A stretch of 34,479 bases of DNA from a virus (Duplodnaviria; Heunggongvirae; Uroviricota; Caudoviricetes): the IMG/VR virus record IMGVR_UViG_2778261675_000005, one strand, 5' to 3'. A model generated the notes under the pieces. The model did no database searches. It was given only the letters and a program-made list of their open reading frames with translations, and was not told the origin of the DNA. Below are positions 28,792 through 34,479 of the stretch, in pieces. A program made the position numbers and the translations under genes. The first letter of the stretch is position 1. Each line of letters starts with the position of its first letter.

Positions 28792-28943
28792 CGTTCCCGA
28801 AAAATCTCTCGGTCGATGACCTGATGGCGGATGTGGCAGTGATATTTCACTGGCCGCCATCAGAACTGTATCCCATGAGTCTGACCGAACTCATCACATG
28901 GCGCGAAAAGGCGCTCCGGCGAAGCGGAAACACGAATGAGTAA
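28516..28943 (+). CDS. tail assembly chaperone E+E' (-1 programmed frameshift product)
   Basis: Slippery T TTT TTG at 28764-28770 in the E frame; the -1 frame stays open to the TAA at 28941-28943 (~142 aa fusion), ending just inside the start of T. Confidence 0.65.
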
Positions 28944-31383
28944 CAATGTAAAATTACAGGTATTGCTCAGGGCTGTTGACCAGGCATCCCGCCCGTTTAA
29001 ATCCATCCGTACAGCGAGCAAGTCGCTGTCGGGGGATATCCGGGAAACACAAAAATCACTGCGCGAGCTGAACGGTCACGCATCCCGTATTGAGGGGTTC
29101 CGCAAGACCAGTGCACAGCTCGCCGTGACTGGTCATGCACTTGAAAAGGCGCGGCAGGAAGCCGAAGCCCTTGCCACACAGTTTAAAAATACCGAACGAC
29201 CGACCCGTGCTCAGGCGAAAGTGCTGGAATCCGCAAAGCGTGCGGCGGAGGACTTACAGGCGAAATATAACCGCCTGACGGATTCCGTTAAACGCCAGCA
29301 GCGGGAACTGGCCGTTGTGGGAATTAATACCCGCAATCTTGCACATGATGAGCAGGGACTGAAAAACCGTATCAGTGAAACCACCGCACAGCTTAACCGT
29401 CAGCGTGACGCGCTGGCGCGTGTCAGTGCACAACAGGCAAAACTTAACGCAGTCAAACAGCGTTATCAGGCAGGAAAGGAACTGGCCGGAAATATGGCCT
29501 CAGTGGGCGCTGCCGGTGTGGGGATTGCTGCTGCGGGAACGATGGCCGGAGTTAAGCTGCTGATGCCCGGTTATGAGTTTGCGCAGAAAAACTCAGAATT
29601 ACAGGCTGTGCTCGGAGTGGCAAAAGACTCCACCGAAATGGCCGCATTACGCAAACAGGCGCGCCAGCTCGGCGACAATACCGCAGCCTCGGCAGATGAT
29701 GCAGCCGGTGCGCAGATTATCATTGCGAAAGCCGGTGGGGATGTTGATGCCATTCAGGCGGCAACGCCGGTTACACTGAATATGGCGCTGGCGAACCGCC
29801 GCACGATGGAAGAAAACGCCGCCCTGCTGATGGGGATGAAATCTGCCTTTCAGCTTTCAAACGATAAGGTCGCTCATATCGGGGATGTTCTCTCCATGAC
29901 GATGAACAAAACCGCCGCCGATTTTGACGGCATGAGCGATGCGCTGACCTATGCCGCACCTGTGGCAAAAAATGCCGGTGTCAGCATTGAAGAAACCGCC
30001 GCAATGGTCGGGGCGCTGCATGATGCAAAAATCACAGGCTCAATGGCGGGGACGGGAAGCCGTGCCGTGTTAAGCCGCCTGCAGGCACCGACGGGAAAAG
30101 CATGGGATGCACTCAAAGAGCTTGGTGTGAAAACCTCAGACAGTAAGGGAAACACCCGACCAGTATTTACCATTCTGAAAGAAATGCAGGCCAGTTTTGA
30201 GAAAAACCGGCTCGGTACTGCCCAGCAGGCTGAATACATGAAAACCATTTTCGGGGAGGAGGCAAGTTCAGCCGCCGCCGTGCTGATGACTGCCGCCTCA
30301 ACCGGAAAGCTGGACAAACTGACCGCTGCGTTTAAAGCCTCAGACGGGAAAACTGCAGAGCTGGTAAATATCATGCAGGACAATCTCGGAGGTGACTTTA
30401 AGGAGTTTCAGTCCGCTTATGAGGCGGTGGGGACAGACCTGTTTGACCAGCAGGAAGGCGCACTGCGTAATCTCACGCAGACGTCCACAAAGTATGTGTT
30501 AAAACTCGACGGCTGGATCCAGAAAAACAAATCACTGGCGTCAACCATCGGCATCATTGCCGGTGGCGCACTGGCGCTTACTGGCATCATCGGTGCAATT
30601 GGTCTTGTAGCCTGGCCGGTTATCACCGGCATCAATGCCATCATCGCTGCAGCAGGCGCAATGGGGGCAATTTTCACGACGGTTGGCAGTGCCGTTATGA
30701 CGGCCATCGGGGCGATTAGCTGGCCGGTAGTGGCCGTGGTGGCCGCCATTGTCGCCGGAGCGTTACTTATCCGTAAATACTGGGAGCCTGTCAGCGCATT
30801 CTTTGGCGGTGTGGTTGAAGGGCTGAAAGCGGCATTTGCGCCGGTGGGGGAACTGTTCACGCCACTTAAGCCGCTGTTTGACTGGCTGGGTGAAAAGTTA
30901 CAGGCCGCGTGGCAGTGGTTTAAAAACCTGATTGCCCCGGTTAAAGCCACCCAGGACACCCTGAACCGTTGCCGTGACACGGGCGTCATGTTCGGGCAGG
31001 CACTGGCTGACGCGCTGATGCTGCCGCTTAATGCGTTCAACAAACTGCGCAGCGGTATTGACTGGGTACTGGAAAAACTCGGTGTTATCAACAAAGAGTC
31101 AGACACACTTGACCAGACCGCCGCAAGGACTCATGCCGCCACGTATGGCACCGGCGGTTATATTCCGGCGACCAGCTCTTATGCAGGCTATCAGGCTTAT
31201 CAGCCGGTCACGGCACCGGCTGGTCGCTCTTATGTGGACCAGAGTAAAAACGAATATCACATCAGCCTGACGGGCGGTACTGCGCCGGGGACACAGCTTG
31301 ACCGCCAGTTACAGGATGCGCTCGAAAAATACGAGCGGGATAAACGTGCGCGCGCCCGTGCCAGCATGATGCATGACGGTTAA
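28936..31383 (+). CDS. T: tail tape measure protein
   Basis: 815 aa, P2 gpT length; central hydrophobic Gly/Ala-rich segment. Confidence 0.9.
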   Translation: MSNNVKLQVLLRAVDQASRPFKSIRTASKSLSGDIRETQKSLRELNGHASRIEGFRKTSAQLAVTGHALEKARQEAEALATQFKNTERPTRAQAKVLESAKRAAEDLQAKYNRLTDSVKRQQRELAVVGINTRNLAHDEQGLKNRISETTAQLNRQRDALARVSAQQAKLNAVKQRYQAGKELAGNMASVGAAGVGIAAAGTMAGVKLLMPGYEFAQKNSELQAVLGVAKDSTEMAALRKQARQLGDNTAASADDAAGAQIIIAKAGGDVDAIQAATPVTLNMALANRRTMEENAALLMGMKSAFQLSNDKVAHIGDVLSMTMNKTAADFDGMSDALTYAAPVAKNAGVSIEETAAMVGALHDAKITGSMAGTGSRAVLSRLQAPTGKAWDALKELGVKTSDSKGNTRPVFTILKEMQASFEKNRLGTAQQAEYMKTIFGEEASSAAAVLMTAASTGKLDKLTAAFKASDGKTAELVNIMQDNLGGDFKEFQSAYEAVGTDLFDQQEGALRNLTQTSTKYVLKLDGWIQKNKSLASTIGIIAGGALALTGIIGAIGLVAWPVITGINAIIAAAGAMGAIFTTVGSAVMTAIGAISWPVVAVVAAIVAGALLIRKYWEPVSAFFGGVVEGLKAAFAPVGELFTPLKPLFDWLGEKLQAAWQWFKNLIAPVKATQDTLNRCRDTGVMFGQALADALMLPLNAFNKLRSGIDWVLEKLGVINKESDTLDQTAARTHAATYGTGGYIPATSSYAGYQAYQPVTAPAGRSYVDQSKNEYHISLTGGTAPGTQLDRQLQDALEKYERDKRARARASMMHDG

Positions 31384-31397
31384 GGAGGTGACGAAAA

Positions 31398-31877
31398 ATG
31401 ATGCTCGCGTTAGGTATGTTTGTTTTTATGCGCCAGACGTTGCCACACCAGACCATGCAGCGTGAATCTGATTATCGCTGGCCGTCAAATTCCCGTATCG
31501 GTAAACGGGATGCCTACCAGTTTCTCGGCGTTGGCGAGGAAAACATCACGCTTGCCGGTGTGCTTTATCCCGAACTGACCGGCGGAAAGCTGACGATGAC
31601 CACGCTCAGGCTGATGGCAGAGGAAGGCCGGGCGTGGCCGTTGCTGGATGGCACCGGCATGATTTACGGCATGTATGTCATCAGCAGGGTGAGTGAAACA
31701 GGGAGTATTTTCTTTGCCGACGGCACACCCCGGAAAATTGATTTTACGCTGTCACTTACCCGCGTAGATGAATCACTGGCCGCGCTTTATGGCGATATCG
31801 GTAAACAGGCGGAATCGCTCATCGGTAAGGCGGGCAGTATGGCAACTAAATTCACGGGTATGACGGGGGCGGGATAA
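31398..31877 (+). CDS. U: tail protein U
   Basis: 159 aa, P2 gpU length and position. Confidence 0.85.
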   Translation: MMLALGMFVFMRQTLPHQTMQRESDYRWPSNSRIGKRDAYQFLGVGEENITLAGVLYPELTGGKLTMTTLRLMAEEGRAWPLLDGTGMIYGMYVISRVSETGSIFFADGTPRKIDFTLSLTRVDESLAALYGDIGKQAESLIGKAGSMATKFTGMTGAG

Positions 31878-33040
31878 TGCTGGATACGCTGACATTTGAT
31901 GCAGGCAGTACGCTGACGCCGGATTACATGCTGATGCTCGACAGCAGGGATATTACCGGCAATATCAGCGACCGTCTGATGAGCATGACCCTGACGGATA
32001 ACCGGGGCTTTGAGGCTGACCAGCTTGATATTGAACTGAACGATGCCGACGGGCAGGTCGGGCTGCCGGTTCGTGGCGCTGTCCTGACGGTGTATATCGG
32101 CTGGAAAGGTTTTGCCCTGGTATGCAAAGGGAAATTTACCGTTGATGAGGTTGAACACCGGGGCGCGCCGGATGTGGTCACCATCCGTGCCCGGAGTGCA
32201 GATTTTCGCGGGACGCTCAATTCCCGCCGGGAAGGCTCATGGCATGACACCACGCTCGGTGCGATTGTTGAGGCGATAGCCTCCCGTAACAGGCTGGAAG
32301 CCAGTGTCGCTCCGTCACTGGCCGGAATTAAAATTCCGCACATCGACCAGTCGCAGGAGTCTGATGCGAAATTCCTGACCCGTCTTGCAGAACGCAACGG
32401 CGGTGAGGTCTCGGTAAAAATGGGAAAACTGTTGTTTCTCAAAGCGGGGCAGGGGGTGACATCCAGCGGTAAAAAAATCCCGCAGATTACCATCACCCGC
32501 AGCGACGGAGACCGTCATCATTTTGCGATTGCTGACCGTGGAGCCTATACCGGCGTAACGGCAAAGTGGCTTCACACCAAAGACCCGAAGCCGCAAAAGC
32601 AGAAGGTAAAACTGAAACGCAAAAAGAAAGAGAAACACCTGCGCGCACTGGAGCACCCGAAAGCAAAACCGGTCAGGCAGAAGAAAGCGCCTAAAGTACC
32701 GGAAGCGCGCGAAGGTGAATACATGGCCGGTGAGGCTGATAACGTTTTTGCCCTGACCACGGTATATGCCACGAAAGCGCAGGCCATGCGCGCCGCTCAG
32801 GCGAAGTGGGATAAACTGCAACGGGGTGTAGCGGAGTTCTCCATCAGCCTGGCTACCGGTCGGGCAGATATTTACACGGAAACACCGGTCAAAGTGTCAG
32901 GCTTTAAGCGCGTCATAGACGAGCAGGACTGGACAATCACTAAGGTGACACATTTTCTGAATAATAGCGGCTTCACGACGTCCTTAGAGCTTGAGGTCAG
33001 GCTTTCTGATGTGGAGTATGAAACAGAAGATGATGAGTGA
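31877..33040 (+). CDS. D: tail protein D (late control gene D)
   Basis: 387 aa, P2 gpD length and position. Confidence 0.85.
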   Translation: MLDTLTFDAGSTLTPDYMLMLDSRDITGNISDRLMSMTLTDNRGFEADQLDIELNDADGQVGLPVRGAVLTVYIGWKGFALVCKGKFTVDEVEHRGAPDVVTIRARSADFRGTLNSRREGSWHDTTLGAIVEAIASRNRLEASVAPSLAGIKIPHIDQSQESDAKFLTRLAERNGGEVSVKMGKLLFLKAGQGVTSSGKKIPQITITRSDGDRHHFAIADRGAYTGVTAKWLHTKDPKPQKQKVKLKRKKKEKHLRALEHPKAKPVRQKKAPKVPEAREGEYMAGEADNVFALTTVYATKAQAMRAAQAKWDKLQRGVAEFSISLATGRADIYTETPVKVSGFKRVIDEQDWTITKVTHFLNNSGFTTSLELEVRLSDVEYETEDDE

Positions 33041-33124
33041 TGTTTTTATTTTATCTGTTTGTTTTATAAGGATAAATTAACTAAAATGGCACCATCAACA
33101 AAACCGGAAGAGGTGCTCGCGATG

Positions 33125-33340
33125 TTTCATTGTCCTTTATGCCAGCATGCCGCACATGCGCGTACAAGTCGCTATATCACTGACACGACAAAAGAGCGTT
33201 ATCACCAGTGCCAGAACGTGAATTGCAGCGCCACGTTCATCACTTATGAGTCGGTACAGAGATACATCGTGAAGCCGGGAGAAGTCCACGCCGTGAGGCC
33301 GCACCCGTTGCCGTCAGGGCAGCAAATTATGTGGATGTGA
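33125..33340 (+). CDS. ogr: Ogr, zinc-finger activator of late transcription
   Basis: 72 aa from MFHCPLCQHAAHARTSRYITDTTKERYHQCQNVNCSATF...; C4 zinc finger; last phage gene before the host junction. Confidence 0.9.
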   Translation, partial: FHCPLCQHAAHARTSRYITDTTKERYHQCQNVNCSATFITYESVQRYIVKPGEVHAVRPHPLPSGQQIMWM

Positions 33341-33350
33341 TCACAAAAAT

Positions 33351-33377
33351 AGCCCCTCAGTTGAGGGGCTTTATTTA
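33351..33377 (+). terminator. rho-independent terminator after ogr
   Basis: AGCCCCTC-AGTT-GAGGGGCT hairpin followed by TTATTTAT. Confidence 0.7.
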
Positions 33378-33468
33378 TGGTCGATGTGGACGCTATGTGG
33401 ACAGTGGTTTATATAAATCCATTTATATCAGCAGGTTAGGTGATTTTTTGTGACACCATCCCTGTCTT

Positions 33469-33495
33469 CCCCCACATGATGTGGGGGTTTTTTTT
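33469..33495 (+). terminator. rho-independent terminator in the junction region
   Basis: CCCCCACAT/ATGTGGGGG hairpin followed by T8; may belong to the host upstream gene or the attachment region. Confidence 0.65.
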
Positions 33496-33576
33496 ATCCT
33501 CAATTTGCCTGCTGCTTAATGCATTGCAGATGATTTGCTTCCGTTATACTAGCGTCAGTTGATAGCGGGAGTATTT

Positions 33577-34479
33577 ATGAATCAATCTTATGGACGGCTG
33601 GTCAGTCGGGCGGCGATTGCTGCGACGGCGATGGCTTCGTTGCTATTGCTGATTAAAATTTTTGCATGGTGGTATACCGGGTCGGTGAGTATTCTCGCCG
33701 CGCTGGTGGATTCGCTGGTGGATATCGGCGCGTCGTTGACGAATTTACTGGTGGTGCGATATTCCCTGCAACCTGCCGACGATAATCACTCGTTTGGTCA
33801 CGGTAAAGCAGAGTCCCTCGCGGCGCTGGCGCAAAGTATGTTTATCTCCGGTTCGGCACTATTCCTGTTTTTGACGGGTATTCAACATCTGATATCTCCA
33901 ACACCGATGACAGATCCAGGCGTCGGGGTTATCGTGACAATTGTGGCGCTAATTTGTACGATTATCCTTGTCTCGTTTCAGCGTTGGGTGGTGCGCCGGA
34001 CGCAAAGCCAGGCGGTGCGGGCTGATATGCTACATTACCAGTCTGATGTTATGATGAACGGCGCAATTCTGCTGGCGCTGGGGTTGTCCTGGTACGGCTG
34101 GCATCGCGCCGATGCTCTGTTTGCATTGGGAATCGGCATCTATATTTTATATAGCGCGTTACGCATGGGATATGAGGCGGTACAGTCATTACTGGATCGC
34201 GCATTGCCTGATGAGGAACGGCAAGAAATTATTGATATCGTTACTTCCTGGCCGGGTGTTAGCGGCGCTCACGATCTTCGCACGCGGCAGTCAGGGCCGA
34301 CCCGCTTTATTCAGATTCATTTGGAAATGGAAGACTCTCTGCCTTTGGTTCAGGCACATATGGTGGCGGATCAGGTAGAGCAGGCTATTTTACGGCGTTT
34401 TCCGGGATCGGATGTAATTATCCATCAGGACCCCTGTTCCGTCGTACCCAGGGAGGGTAAACGGTCTATGCTTTCATAA
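33577..34479 (+). CDS. fieF: host ferrous-iron/zinc efflux transporter (cation diffusion facilitator)
   Basis: 300 aa from [10 protein letters not shown]...; multiple transmembrane helices and CDF signature; I recognise it as enterobacterial FieF (YiiP); stop is the last 3 bases of the window. Confidence 0.9.

Noticed and set aside
29949-31106. Two long - strand ORFs (144 and 229 aa) inside the tape measure gene
   Set aside because: Antisense to T; Ala/Ser-rich low-complexity translations mirroring the Gly/Ala-rich tape measure region.
1-34479. CRISPR array, tRNA/rRNA genes or an IS/transposase
   Set aside because: No regularly spaced direct repeats, no cloverleaf-like tRNA candidate at the junction, and no transposase-like ORF or terminal inverted repeats; the AT-rich islands are bounded by phage genes, not IS ends.

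Overview
This window is an almost complete P2-like (Peduovirus-type) temperate prophage of an enterobacterial host, running from the stop codon of the integrase gene at position 1 to ogr at about 33.3 kb, followed by the right junction and the host gene fieF. Order is int, C, cox, B, four small early ORFs and A, then an accessory region, cos, and the capsid (Q, P, O, N, M, L), lysis, tail and baseplate genes through D and ogr. Product names come from my recollection of P2 protein lengths, gene order and sequence motifs, not from any search. The core is GC-balanced and tightly packed with overlapping stop/start codons. Three AT-rich insertions sit at the classical P2 cargo positions. The most interesting lies between A and cos (the old/tin position): a two-gene operon encoding a ParB/Srx N-domain protein and a possible nuclease-like partner, convergent with a Dam-like N6-adenine DNA methyltransferase. 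I read this as a candidate, possibly undescribed, anti-phage or R-M-like module. Single AT-rich cargo genes also sit at the orf30 position (a multi-pass membrane protein on the opposite strand) and the Z/fun position (a 299-aa orphan). No rRNA, tRNA, CRISPR array or transposase was seen.
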